DNA from: Formosa sp. Hel1_33_131
Lineage (GTDB): Bacteria; Bacteroidota; Bacteroidia; Flavobacteriales; Flavobacteriaceae
DNA: 32,000 nucleotides
Reading direction: 5' to 3'
Assembly (NCBI RefSeq): GCF_001735745.1
Contig: NZ_CP017260.1
Location: 2,460,001 to 2,492,000 of the forward strand
The notes beneath the pieces were generated by a model. That model was not told the DNA's origin. It saw only the letters and a list, made by a program, of their open reading frames with translations, and made no database searches. This document shows positions 1 to 9,431 of the stretch, in pieces. Every line of letters starts with the position of its first letter. Within the stretch, counting starts at the first letter, position 1. Both the position numbers and the translations under genes were made by a program.

Positions 1-477
1 GGTGAGATTAATAATTCGGTGTTCTTTGGTTACTCTAATAAAGGACATGATGGGTTTTTAGGAAATTCTGTTATTGGAGAATGGTGTAATTTAGGAGCGG
101 ATACTAATAATTCCAATCTAAAAAACAACTATGCTGAGGTACGCTTGTGGAGTTACGAGACTGAAAATTTCGCCAAAACAGGACTTCAGTTTTGTGGTTT
201 GATGATGGGCGACCATAGTAAATGTGGGATTAATACCATGTTTAATACCGGAACTGTTGTGGGTGTGAGTGCTAATATTTTTGGAAGTGGTTTTCCTCGA
301 AACTTCATTCCAAGTTTCAGTTGGGGCGGGGCTAAAGGTTTTGCAACCTATCTAACGTCCAAAGCTTTTGAAGTCGCTACAGAGGTGATGAAACGCCGTG
401 GATTGGAATTCTCGGCACAAGAATCCGCTATTTTAGAACACGTGTTTGAACTGTCTGCAACCTATAGAACCGATTAG
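1..477 (+). CDS. C-terminal part of a hexapeptide-repeat (left-handed beta-helix) sugar-nucleotidyltransferase-like protein; the 5' end lies outside the window
   Basis: Frame 1 is open from base 1 to TAG at 475-477. The segment GNSVIGEWCNLGADTNNSNL...GINTMFNTGTVVGVSANIFG shows the imperfect hexapeptide periodicity of LbH transferases (GlmU-like family common in Flavobacteriia). Confidence 0.6.
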   Translation, partial: GEINNSVFFGYSNKGHDGFLGNSVIGEWCNLGADTNNSNLKNNYAEVRLWSYETENFAKTGLQFCGLMMGDHSKCGINTMFNTGTVVGVSANIFGSGFPRNFIPSFSWGGAKGFATYLTSKAFEVATEVMKRRGLEFSAQESAILEHVFELSATYRTD

Positions 478-2096
478 TTTTTCTGAACGTTTTTTAGTTC
501 TAATAAATTGGTGGGATTAATTCCTAGCCCTCTCACATCGATAGATGTAAACCGAATGACTTCATCATAAAACAATACGACTACCGGCGCTTTTTTGATC
601 ACTAATGCATCCATTTTTTGATACAGATGGAGGCGCTTCTCCTGATCTATTTCTAGCAGTGCTTCCTCATACCATCTGTCAAACTGTGCATCTTTAAAGT
701 GGGTGTAATTAGGGCCGTTGGGCGCGAAATTACCACTGTAAAATAAAGATAAATAATTCTGAGCATCTGGATAATCGGCGACCCAACTCGCTCTAAATAA
801 ATCTATTTTCCCGTTTGATTTAGCAGATTTCAAAGACGATGGCGGCATCACATCAATACGAATGGTTAAACCAATGGATTGTAATTCTCGTTGAATAAAT
901 TCACTAAAACTTAAATAATTAGAAATGGTGGTCAACGTAATTTCAGGTTGCGGATTGCCAGATTCATTTCGATAAGTTTCTAGTAGCTGCTTTGCTTTTT
1001 CGGGTTGATAGTCATAGCCTACATTTTCATTATGCCCTGGAAGTCCTTTTGGAATAAATCCGCCCATTCCAGGGATCCCAATGCCGTTTCTAAGGTACCT
1101 CATCATTTTGGTGCGATCAAATCCGTAATTCACAGCTTGTCGAATCAATTCACTTTGATATTCAGAAACTTCGGAATCCATATAAAACCCAAAATATTCT
1201 GTATTTAAATAGGGTGCTCTGAGCATTTTCACGCTTGATGCGTAGCTCGGTTTTAAGACGCCATCGGCACGAAGAATGTCATCTTTATAAGAAGCATCTA
1301 AGCCTGTTATGTAGTCAATATTTCCTTGAATAAATTGTAGAAATTCACTTTGCTTGTCTGCTAAAAACGTAATAGATACCGCTTCTAAATACGGCAATTT
1401 TTCACCTGCTTGATTGGTTTCAAAATAGCGGTTGTTTTTCCTGAAAATTAATTTAATATTTTCTTCCCATCGTTTAAATTTATAAGGACCGGTTCCAATG
1501 GGATTCGACCTGAAATCCGCCCCGTAATGCTCCACAACCTCTTTGGGCACAACACTGCAATACTTCATCGTTATGAGTCCTAAAAACGCAGGGAACGGTG
1601 ATTTTAAAGTGATCTGAAAACGGTGGGTGTTCAATGCTGTATAAGACTCCACATTTTGAAGCACCCAACCTCCAGGCGAAGCCAATTTAGGGTCTCTCAA
1701 GCGATCAAAGCTATAGACAAAATCGTTGGCAGTTACTGTGCGTGTTTTGTCAGTTCCAAACAAGCTATGTGTATGAAAATAGACATCTTCTCTAAGATTG
1801 AAAGTATATACTTTTGCATTTTCTGAAATCTCCCACGAACTCGCGATGGCTGGCACCACATCCATTAAAGAATCCATTTGAACTAAGCCGTTAAACAATT
1901 GATTGATCGCAGAAATATCGGCGTTGTCTTTTGCAAACGCAGGGTCTAAAGAGCCAATGTTTTTATGTTCATTGTATCTAAAAACCTGTTTGGTTTTAGC
2001 GTCAATATCGCTAGTGTTGCACCCTAAAAATAAGGAGCTAAAAAAAAGAACACTTCCGATTCGAAGCCAGAAGTAATTAGATGCTTGCTTTGTCAT
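474..2096 (-). CDS. ABC transporter substrate-binding lipoprotein, family 5 (peptide/nickel Opp/Dpp type)
   Basis: 540-aa ORF. The N-terminus has a hydrophobic signal plus lipobox-like LFLGC. Length and motifs (DPAFA...N, GTGPYKF, WVADYPD) are typical of SBP_bac_5 proteins. Confidence 0.8.
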   Translation of the reverse strand: MTKQASNYFWLRIGSVLFFSSLFLGCNTSDIDAKTKQVFRYNEHKNIGSLDPAFAKDNADISAINQLFNGLVQMDSLMDVVPAIASSWEISENAKVYTFNLREDVYFHTHSLFGTDKTRTVTANDFVYSFDRLRDPKLASPGGWVLQNVESYTALNTHRFQITLKSPFPAFLGLITMKYCSVVPKEVVEHYGADFRSNPIGTGPYKFKRWEENIKLIFRKNNRYFETNQAGEKLPYLEAVSITFLADKQSEFLQFIQGNIDYITGLDASYKDDILRADGVLKPSYASSVKMLRAPYLNTEYFGFYMDSEVSEYQSELIRQAVNYGFDRTKMMRYLRNGIGIPGMGGFIPKGLPGHNENVGYDYQPEKAKQLLETYRNESGNPQPEITLTTISNYLSFSEFIQRELQSIGLTIRIDVMPPSSLKSAKSNGKIDLFRASWVADYPDAQNYLSLFYSGNFAPNGPNYTHFKDAQFDRWYEEALLEIDQEKRLHLYQKMDALVIKKAPVVVLFYDEVIRFTSIDVRGLGINPTNLLELKNVQKN

Positions 2097-2119
2097 TATA
2101 GATGTTAATTGTAAATTTG
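2089..2119 (+). promoter_or_regulatory. Putative sigma-A promoter of mtaB
   Basis: TTTG (2089-2092), a 19-nt spacer, then TAAATTTG (2112-2119). This matches the Bacteroidota consensus TTTG-N19-TAnnTTTG exactly and lies 22 nt upstream of the ATG at 2142. Confidence 0.45.
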
Positions 2120-2141
2120 TCCACTTGGTAAAAGTACAAGA

Positions 2142-3476
2142 ATGATTGATAGAAAAAAAGTCGCTTTTTACACTTTAGGGTGTAAATTAAATTTTTCCGA
2201 AACTGCAACGATTGCACGGAACTTTCAAGACGAAGGTTTTGATCGTGTTGAGTTTTCTGAATATGCGGATATTTATGTCATCAATACCTGCTCTGTAACC
2301 GAGAATGCTGACAAGCGTTTTAAAACGATTGTGAAGCAGGCACAGCGTTCAAATCCAGAAGCATTTATAGTCGCCGTGGGGTGCTATGCACAATTACAAC
2401 CCGAAGAATTGGCGGCAGTCAATGGCGTTGATTTGGTATTAGGTGCCACCGAAAAATTTAAAATAACCGATTATTTAAACGAACTGACTAAAAATGAGAC
2501 GGGTGCGATTCACTCGTGTGATATTGAAGATGCCGATTTTTATGTGAGTAGTTATTCTGTTGGCGATCGCACGCGCGCCTTTTTAAAAGTTCAAGATGGC
2601 TGTGATTATAAATGCACCTATTGCACCATTCCGTTGGCGCGTGGGATTTCTCGATCGGATACGCTTCAAAATGTATTGGACAATGCCAAAAAAATAGCAG
2701 ATCAAGGGATTAAGGAAATTGTCTTAACTGGTGTCAATATTGGAGATTACGGCAAAGGCGAATTTGGAAATAAAAAACACGAACATACCTTTTTTGAATT
2801 GGTTCAGGAATTGGATACTATTGAAGGCATTCATCGCTTGCGAATTTCATCTATTGAACCGAATTTATTAAAAGATGAGACCATTGATTTTGTTGCGCAA
2901 AGCAATTCATTTGTGCCTCATTTTCACATTCCTTTACAGAGTGGAAGCAATGTAATGCTCAAAGCAATGCGAAGACGTTATATGAAAGAACTCTATCAAG
3001 ATCGGGTAGGACATATCAAAACTGTGATGCCAGATGCTTGTATTGGGGTGGATGTGATTGTTGGATTTCCTGGCGAAACAGATGAACTATTTTTAGAGAC
3101 TTACAACTTTTTAAATGCCTTAGACATTTCATATCTACACGTATTTACGTATTCCGAACGGCCAAATACCCATGCGGCGACGCTGCCCGATGTCGTGCCA
3201 AAAGCGGTACGATCGAAACGCAGTAAAATGCTCAGAGGCTTGTCTGCCAAAAAACGACGAGCTTTTTATGAAAGTCAGATCGGGAGTAAGCGGACCGTGT
3301 TATTTGAAGGGGAAAATAAAGAAGGGTATATTCATGGGTTTACCGAGAATTATGTCAAAGTAAAAGCTCCATGGAATCCAGAATTCGTCAATACGTTGCA
3401 CAAGATTACGCTGACTGAAATTGATTCAGATGGATTGCTAAGGTTTGAATTTGAACAAGTGTTTGCAACTACTTAG
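2142..3476 (+). CDS. mtaB: tRNA (t6A37) methylthiotransferase MtaB (MiaB-like radical SAM enzyme)
   Basis: 444 aa. It has an N-terminal UPF0004 domain (FYTLGCKLN...NTCSVT), the radical-SAM cluster motif CDYKCTYC, and a C-terminal TRAM-like region. The size fits MtaB rather than MiaB. Confidence 0.85.
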   Translation: MIDRKKVAFYTLGCKLNFSETATIARNFQDEGFDRVEFSEYADIYVINTCSVTENADKRFKTIVKQAQRSNPEAFIVAVGCYAQLQPEELAAVNGVDLVLGATEKFKITDYLNELTKNETGAIHSCDIEDADFYVSSYSVGDRTRAFLKVQDGCDYKCTYCTIPLARGISRSDTLQNVLDNAKKIADQGIKEIVLTGVNIGDYGKGEFGNKKHEHTFFELVQELDTIEGIHRLRISSIEPNLLKDETIDFVAQSNSFVPHFHIPLQSGSNVMLKAMRRRYMKELYQDRVGHIKTVMPDACIGVDVIVGFPGETDELFLETYNFLNALDISYLHVFTYSERPNTHAATLPDVVPKAVRSKRSKMLRGLSAKKRRAFYESQIGSKRTVLFEGENKEGYIHGFTENYVKVKAPWNPEFVNTLHKITLTEIDSDGLLRFEFEQVFATT

Positions 3477-3769
3477 ATGCGAATTCCTACAGGAAGCATT
3501 TTTCTGTAACGACGGTTTCCACGAATAAATTTTGCTACAGGGGGGCTTGTAGGAACTACACTGATATTTTTTTCACTAATATTCTCTAAAACGACCTTTA
3601 AAAAGCTTTCAAGAAATTCATCAGACTTTAAAACTTCAGGAATGTTTAGTTTTGTTAAGAAAATTTTTCGTTCTTGTTGAGAATATTCTAGGGTAGCCAT
3701 TTCCCCACCAACATTTAATTCATATTGGCGTAAAAAAGCATTGTCTATTAAATTAGAAGCGTCAACCAT
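3473..3769 (-). CDS. Small GNAT-like (YjdJ-type) N-acetyltransferase domain protein
   Basis: 98-aa ORF resembling the single-domain GCN5-related acetyltransferase family (about 95 aa, ...VPTSPPVAKFIRGN...). There is a TAAATTTG -7 box about 50 nt upstream on the minus strand. Confidence 0.5.
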   Translation of the reverse strand: MVDASNLIDNAFLRQYELNVGGEMATLEYSQQERKIFLTKLNIPEVLKSDEFLESFLKVVLENISEKNISVVPTSPPVAKFIRGNRRYRKMLPVGIRI

Positions 3770-3853
3770 AATAAAGTGTTTTTCAGTAGGTTTATGATAA
3801 TTCTAGAATGCAAATTTACAAAAAATATTCTAACTAGTTAATATATTCGCTAA

Positions 3854-4525
3854 GTGCATCAAAATGAAAATAAAATACCCGTCTATTTTTTACCTGGTTT
3901 AGCAGCGAATCCTAGTATTTTTAAAAATATTCAATTAGATCCTGATAGGTTTGAAATTCATCTTTTAGAATGGATGATCCCTTATCATGAGGAGACTATT
4001 TCAGAATATGCTTTGCGTTTCTGTTCTAAAGTTATTCATGCAAATGCTGTTTTGGTAGGCGTCTCTTTTGGTGGCATCATAGCGCAAGAAATGAATTTAG
4101 TGCATAACTTTAGAAAAATAATTATCATTTCAAGTGTTAAAACCCGAAAAGAACTGCCGCTTCACCTTCAATTGGCAGGCAAAACAAAAGTTTATAAATT
4201 AGTACCCACGAGTCTTTTTGCTCAAAATATTGATTTATTATCTAAATATGCATTCGGAAAACCGATAGTAAAGCGCTTGGATTTATACAAACAATACTTA
4301 TCCATTACAGATAAACGTTATTTAGATTGGGCGATCAAACAGGTGGTATCTTGGAATCAAGAAAAGAGTGACCCCAATTTAGTTCACATCCATGGAAATA
4401 AGGACATTATTTTCCCGATTGATAATATCGAAAATTGTATTGTTATCGAGGGCGGAACACATATTATGATTTTAAATAAATTTAAATGGTTGAACGAAAA
4501 TTTACCCAATTTGATTCTTGGTTGA
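3854..4525 (+). CDS. Alpha/beta-fold hydrolase
   Basis: 223 aa with the nucleophile elbow G-V-S-F-G-G and a late H (GGTHIM) typical of alpha/beta hydrolases. The GTG start is from the ORF track; no in-frame ATG lies nearby. Confidence 0.6.
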   Translation: MHQNENKIPVYFLPGLAANPSIFKNIQLDPDRFEIHLLEWMIPYHEETISEYALRFCSKVIHANAVLVGVSFGGIIAQEMNLVHNFRKIIIISSVKTRKELPLHLQLAGKTKVYKLVPTSLFAQNIDLLSKYAFGKPIVKRLDLYKQYLSITDKRYLDWAIKQVVSWNQEKSDPNLVHIHGNKDIIFPIDNIENCIVIEGGTHIMILNKFKWLNENLPNLILG

Positions 4526-4575
4526 TATTGGCTTCACTTTTTTTTGTATTTTTAAACCATTAAACCCATACTGTT

Positions 4576-5499
4576 ATGTACTACCTTAAAAATATTTTTT
4601 TTACTATTGGAACACTGTCTTTGATTGGATTTTTGGTTTTGGCTTTTACAAGCCAACCTGTTCTTGAAGATGGTCACGATACTTTGGAAAACGATTATAA
4701 CGTTTATGCACTAGAAATTCCAGAAGCTCTTGATTTTTCTGGGGAAGCCTTGCCTATTCATACGCCTGATATTCGGGAGCGTATAGACCGTGAGCTGCTT
4801 GTAAACACCTATTGGCAGTCCAATGGATTGTTATTATTTAAACGCTCTCACCGCTATTTTCCTGTGATTGAGCCGATTTTAAAATCCTACGGAATTCCAG
4901 ATGATTTCAAATATTTAGCACTTATAGAAAGTGGATTACAAAATGTAACGTCTCCTGCGGGGGCGAAGGGGTTTTGGCAAATCATGGAACCAACGGGTAA
5001 AGAATATGGTTTGGAAATCAATGACAACGTTGATGAACGTTACCATTTAGAATTATCGACACACGTGGCTTGTAACTACTTTTTGAAAGCCAAAGAGAAA
5101 TTTGGAAATTGGACCCTAGCGGCGGCGGCTTACAACGCTGGTATTCGCGGAATCGCAAATCAACTTGAAAAGCAACAGGTTTCAGGGTATTATGATTTGT
5201 TGTTAGGGGAGGAGACGGGTCGGTACGTGTTTCGAGCAGTTGCACTAAAAGAAATTATAGAACACCCCAAAAAATACGGTTATAATTTCTCAGAGAGTGA
5301 TTTGTATGCACCCATTCCAACCTCCACGATCCAATTAGACACAGCCGTAACGAACTTTGTGCAGTTTGCAAATAAATTGGGACTCAACTACAAACAGCTA
5401 AAACTTCACAATCCTTGGTTGAGGGAAGGGTTTTTAAATAATAAATCCAGAAAGGTATATACTTTAGAGATTCCTGAAAAAGGGTATTATACAAACTAA
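4576..5499 (+). CDS. Membrane-anchored lytic transglycosylase (SLT domain)
   Basis: N-terminal TM helix. SLT catalytic signature ALIESGLQN...GAKGFWQIM...AAYNAG. Confidence 0.8.
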   Translation: MYYLKNIFFTIGTLSLIGFLVLAFTSQPVLEDGHDTLENDYNVYALEIPEALDFSGEALPIHTPDIRERIDRELLVNTYWQSNGLLLFKRSHRYFPVIEPILKSYGIPDDFKYLALIESGLQNVTSPAGAKGFWQIMEPTGKEYGLEINDNVDERYHLELSTHVACNYFLKAKEKFGNWTLAAAAYNAGIRGIANQLEKQQVSGYYDLLLGEETGRYVFRAVALKEIIEHPKKYGYNFSESDLYAPIPTSTIQLDTAVTNFVQFANKLGLNYKQLKLHNPWLREGFLNNKSRKVYTLEIPEKGYYTN

Positions 5500-5502
5500 A
5501 AC

Positions 5503-6069
5503 TTAACGTCGCTTCCCACCACGTTGTTGTCCACCAAAATGTTGATTGGGCATCGAAGCTTTTTTCATCTGTTGCTTCATCATTTTGATTTGTTCAGACA
5601 ACATATCTCTCTTGTCTAATTTTTGTGCTTCCTGCAATAAGTTTTGAGCTTCTAACTTCCGGCGCTTCGTAAAAGCAATTCCTGCTAGATTTAATTTAGC
5701 CATTGCTAAATCATGATCCATCGATAAACCGAGGCTGATCGCGTTTTTAAAGTATTTCTCAGCATCGTTCATATTTGTTTGAGACACCATAATCCCTTTT
5801 AGGAAGTTATAATAGCCTTGTTGCTTTTTCGTCAATGCTGATTTTGGATTCTTAATTTTGTTGAGTAAGCGCTCTGTCCCTGGAAAATCTTGTTTTCTAA
5901 GTTTTAGAAATGCCAAAAGAATCATCTCATTTTTAAAATAGAAAAACACAAAGACCAAAGCTAGGAGAATGAGCATGATGCCATTTCCAACATAGGTTTC
6001 TATAATTTGATAAACGCCATAGGTAATGATAGCAGCGGCAAGGAATAATTTTATATTTTTGTTGAACAT
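5503..6069 (-). CDS. Hypothetical membrane protein with TPR-like helical region and basic C-terminal tail
   Basis: 188-aa ORF with two predicted N-terminal TM helices, then helical repeats, ending in GGQQRGGKRR. TACCTTTG -7 box upstream on the minus strand (6096-6103). No family recognised. Confidence 0.5.
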   Translation of the reverse strand: MFNKNIKLFLAAAIITYGVYQIIETYVGNGIMLILLALVFVFFYFKNEMILLAFLKLRKQDFPGTERLLNKIKNPKSALTKKQQGYYNFLKGIMVSQTNMNDAEKYFKNAISLGLSMDHDLAMAKLNLAGIAFTKRRKLEAQNLLQEAQKLDKRDMLSEQIKMMKQQMKKASMPNQHFGGQQRGGKRR

Positions 6070-6136
6070 ATCTAAGTTTATTTATTTAGCGAGTACAAAG
6101 GTAGTAAAAACAAATCAAAATTATTTTAAAATTAGG

Positions 6137-6167
6137 TTTGTCAAAGTAAAAACTCTTTGTATATTTG
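6137..6167 (+). promoter_or_regulatory. Putative sigma-A promoter of rpmH
   Basis: TTTG (6137-6140), a 19-nt spacer, then TATATTTG (6160-6167). Exact match to the Bacteroidota -33/-7 consensus. Confidence 0.5.
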
Positions 6168-6244
6168 CACCGCGCTTTAAGTAAGGACTTGAGCGCATTT
6201 TTTAAAGATAACAACACTACAAAAAGTTTTAAAAATATACTAAA

Positions 6245-6403
6245 ATGAAAAGAACGTTTCAACCATCGAAAAGGAAAAGAAAAAATAAACATGGTTTTAG
6301 AGAAAGAATGGCTTCTGCCAATGGGAGAAAAGTTCTTGCTAGAAGACGTGCAAAGGGAAGAAAAAAAATCAGTGTATCTTCTGAACTTCGTCATAAAAAA
6401 TAA
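6245..6403 (+). CDS. rpmH: 50S ribosomal protein L34
   Basis: Hand translation gives [52 protein letters not shown] (52 aa, stop TAA 6401-6403), the canonical L34 sequence. It is too short for the ORF track, which instead lists a spurious antisense ORF at 6086-6394. Confidence 0.92.
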   Translation: MKRTFQPSKRKRKNKHGFRERMASANGRKVLARRRAKGRKKISVSSELRHKK

Positions 6404-6426
6404 TGATTAACAATTGTTAACATATT

Positions 6427-6457
6427 AAAGGTATTGCTAGTCGCAATGCCTTTTTTT
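6427..6457 (+). terminator. Rho-independent terminator after rpmH
   Basis: 8-bp stem GGTATTGC (6430-6437) / GCAATGCC (6443-6450) with one G-U pair, a 5-nt loop, then T7 (6451-6457). Confidence 0.7.
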
Positions 6458-6515
6458 ATATCCAAACGTTACTTAATTTTGTATCTTATTATACTACAAT
6501 CAATTACATTAAAAA

Positions 6516-9368
6516 ATGCCTAAAAATAAAGATCTTAAATCCATTTTAATTATAGGTTCGGGACCCATCGTCATCGGACAGGCTTGTGAATTTGACTATT
6601 CCGGAACACAAGCATTGCGCTCGCTTAGAGAAGATGGGATTGAAACCATTCTGATCAATTCAAATCCAGCAACCATCATGACGGATCCAGCGATGGCCGA
6701 TCATGTGTATCTACTACCATTAACCACCAAGTCAATTATCAAAATTTTAAAAGACCATCCTCAAATTGATGCGGTATTACCGACCATGGGAGGACAGACG
6801 GCTTTAAACCTTTGTATTGAAGCGGACGAAAAAGGAATTTGGGCCGATTTCGATGTGGATATTATAGGGGTCGATATTGATGCTATTAATATTACAGAAG
6901 ACAGAGAGAAGTTCCGTGAGTTGATGCTTAAGATTGGGATTCCAATGGCGCCACAAGCGACAGCAACTTCTTTCTTAAAAGGAAAAGAAATTGCACAAGA
7001 ATTTGGTTTTCCACTCGTCATTAGAGCTTCTTTCACTTTAGGAGGTGATGGTGCTGCCATTGTACATAAAGAAGAAGATTTTGATGAATTACTAACCCGT
7101 GGATTGGAAGTTTCTCCCATTCATGAAGTGATGATTGACAAGGCTTTATTAGGTTGGAAAGAATATGAATTAGAATTGCTAAGAGATTCTAATGACAATG
7201 TCGTCATTATTTGTTCGATTGAAAATATGGATCCTATGGGGATTCATACAGGGGACTCTATCACAGTGGCTCCCGCGATGACATTAAGTGATCGTACCTA
7301 TCAGCGTATGCGTGATATGGCCATCCACATGATGCGCAGTATTGGCGATTTTGCAGGCGGATGTAACGTTCAGTTTGCAGTGTCTCCAGATGAGAAAGAA
7401 GATATTATTGCCATCGAAATCAATCCACGAGTATCGCGTTCTTCGGCATTAGCCAGTAAAGCAACGGGCTATCCCATTGCAAAAATTGCAGCTAAATTAG
7501 CTTTAGGGTATCATTTAGATGAATTAAAAAATCAAATTACAAAATCAACTTCGGCATTATTTGAACCGACCTTGGATTATGTGATTGTTAAAATTCCACG
7601 ATGGAACTTTGATAAATTTGAAGGCTCCGATCGTACCTTAGGATTGCAAATGAAATCTGTTGGAGAAGTCATGGGGATTGGACGCTCGTTCCAAGAAGCA
7701 CTTCACAAAGCAACTCAATCGCTCGAAATCAAACGAAATGGTTTAGGTGCCGACGGCAAAGAAAATAAAGATTACAATCAAATTATTGAAAAACTAACAT
7801 ACGCTTCATGGGACCGTGTGTTCATTATTTATGATGCCATTCAGATGGGAATTCCACTGAGTCGTATTCATGAGATCACTAAAATTGACATGTGGTTTTT
7901 GAAACAGTATGAGGAATTACATTTGCTTAAAAATGAAATTTCTACGTTTAAAATTGATACCATAGAAAAACCGTTATTGCTTGAAGCGAAACAAAAAGGG
8001 TATGGCGATCGTCAGATAGCCCACATGTTGGGTTGTTTGGAAAGTCAAGTGTATAACAAACGAGAAGAATTAGGCGTCAATCGGGTTTATAAATTAGTGG
8101 ACACTTGTGCTGCTGAGTTTGAAGCCAAAACCCCTTATTACTATTCAACCTTTGAAAGTGATATGGAAACGGCTGATGGCAAACGTTATTCGGATAATGA
8201 AAGTGTTGTTTCCGATAAGAAAAAAGTAATTGTATTAGGTTCGGGTCCTAACCGAATTGGTCAAGGAATTGAATTTGATTACTGTTGTGTACACGGAGTG
8301 TTAGCGGCTGCAGAGTGTGGCTATGAAACCATTATGATCAACTGTAACCCAGAAACGGTTTCGACTGATTTTGATACGGCTGATAAATTATATTTTGAAC
8401 CTGTATTTTGGGAACATATTTACGACATCATCAAACATGAAAAACCGGAAGGGGTGATTGTTCAGTTGGGAGGTCAAACGGCTTTGAAACTTGCTGAAAA
8501 ATTAACAAAATACGGCGTAAAAATATTAGGAACCAGTTTTGAATCTTTGGATTTAGCGGAAGACAGAGGCTTGTTTTCCAATCTTTTGAAAGACAATAAC
8601 ATTCCGTATCCAGAATTTGACATTGCCACCACGGCCGATGAGGCAGCTGCGATTGCTGATATATTGGATTTTCCAATCTTAGTGCGTCCGTCTTATGTAC
8701 TTGGAGGACAGGGAATGAAAATTGTAATTAACAAGGAAGAGTTAGAAAAACACGTTGTTGAATTACAAAGCAGAATGCCAGGCAATCAGTTGTTATTAGA
8801 TCATTATTTGGATGGCGCAATTGAAGCTGAAGCCGATGCGATTTGCGATGGTGAAAATGTGTATATCATTGGAATCATGGAGCATATTGAACCTTGTGGA
8901 ATTCACTCAGGCGATAGTAATGCAACCTTGCCACCGTTTAATTTAGGCAATTTAGTAATGCAACAAATAAAGGACCATACCAAAAAAATCGCCTTAGCGC
9001 TGAATACGGTCGGTCTGATTAATATACAGTTTGCGGTGAAAGATGATATGGTTTATATCATTGAAGCGAATCCAAGAGCGTCTCGTACGGTTCCATTTAT
9101 AGCGAAAGCCTATGGCGAACCCTATGTAAATTATGCGACTAAAGTGATGTTAGGTGAGAAGAAAGTCACAGATTTTGATTTCAAACCACATTTGGAAGGC
9201 TATGCCATCAAACAACCTGTATTCTCGTTTAACAAGTTTCCAAATGTCAACAAACAACTGGGTCCTGAAATGAAAAGTACAGGAGAAAGTATCCTCTTTA
9301 TAGACAGCCTTAAGGACGATGAATTTTATAATCTATATTCTAGAAGAAAAATGTACTTGAGTAAATAA
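6516..9368 (+). CDS. carB: Carbamoyl-phosphate synthase large subunit (short, 950-aa form)
   Basis: Two ATP-grasp halves, each opening with the (I/V)xGSGPxxIGQxxEFDY motif (aa about 10 and about 570), plus the oligomerisation domain between them. High similarity to CarB throughout. Confidence 0.95.
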   Translation: MPKNKDLKSILIIGSGPIVIGQACEFDYSGTQALRSLREDGIETILINSNPATIMTDPAMADHVYLLPLTTKSIIKILKDHPQIDAVLPTMGGQTALNLCIEADEKGIWADFDVDIIGVDIDAINITEDREKFRELMLKIGIPMAPQATATSFLKGKEIAQEFGFPLVIRASFTLGGDGAAIVHKEEDFDELLTRGLEVSPIHEVMIDKALLGWKEYELELLRDSNDNVVIICSIENMDPMGIHTGDSITVAPAMTLSDRTYQRMRDMAIHMMRSIGDFAGGCNVQFAVSPDEKEDIIAIEINPRVSRSSALASKATGYPIAKIAAKLALGYHLDELKNQITKSTSALFEPTLDYVIVKIPRWNFDKFEGSDRTLGLQMKSVGEVMGIGRSFQEALHKATQSLEIKRNGLGADGKENKDYNQIIEKLTYASWDRVFIIYDAIQMGIPLSRIHEITKIDMWFLKQYEELHLLKNEISTFKIDTIEKPLLLEAKQKGYGDRQIAHMLGCLESQVYNKREELGVNRVYKLVDTCAAEFEAKTPYYYSTFESDMETADGKRYSDNESVVSDKKKVIVLGSGPNRIGQGIEFDYCCVHGVLAAAECGYETIMINCNPETVSTDFDTADKLYFEPVFWEHIYDIIKHEKPEGVIVQLGGQTALKLAEKLTKYGVKILGTSFESLDLAEDRGLFSNLLKDNNIPYPEFDIATTADEAAAIADILDFPILVRPSYVLGGQGMKIVINKEELEKHVVELQSRMPGNQLLLDHYLDGAIEAEADAICDGENVYIIGIMEHIEPCGIHSGDSNATLPPFNLGNLVMQQIKDHTKKIALALNTVGLINIQFAVKDDMVYIIEANPRASRTVPFIAKAYGEPYVNYATKVMLGEKKVTDFDFKPHLEGYAIKQPVFSFNKFPNVNKQLGPEMKSTGESILFIDSLKDDEFYNLYSRRKMYLSK

Positions 9369-9431
9369 ATTTTTCATTCTGATTTCTATGACATGTATTG
9401 AAAAGAAGAGGTTGTTTAAAATTAGAATTTC

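Noticed and set aside
6086-6394. 102-aa minus-strand ORF
   Set aside because: It is antisense to the unmistakable rpmH gene and its promoter. Its sequence is low-complexity and F/S/K-rich with no homolog-like features.
6761-8676. Antisense ORFs inside carB (6761-7120, 8431-8676), and similar nested ORFs in other genes (1005-1208, 1480-1668, 1623-1826, 3172-3363, 5018-5245, 9506-9730, 10314-10532, 11896-12123, 12335-12568, 13983-14411, 15553-15876, 16521-16769, 18053-18262, 21256-21483, 22711-22914, 24482-24841, 27033-27359, 28396-28929, 29635-30062, 31564-31746)
   Set aside because: All lie within or antisense to longer ORFs with clear homology-type signatures. None shows a recognisable motif or its own promoter.
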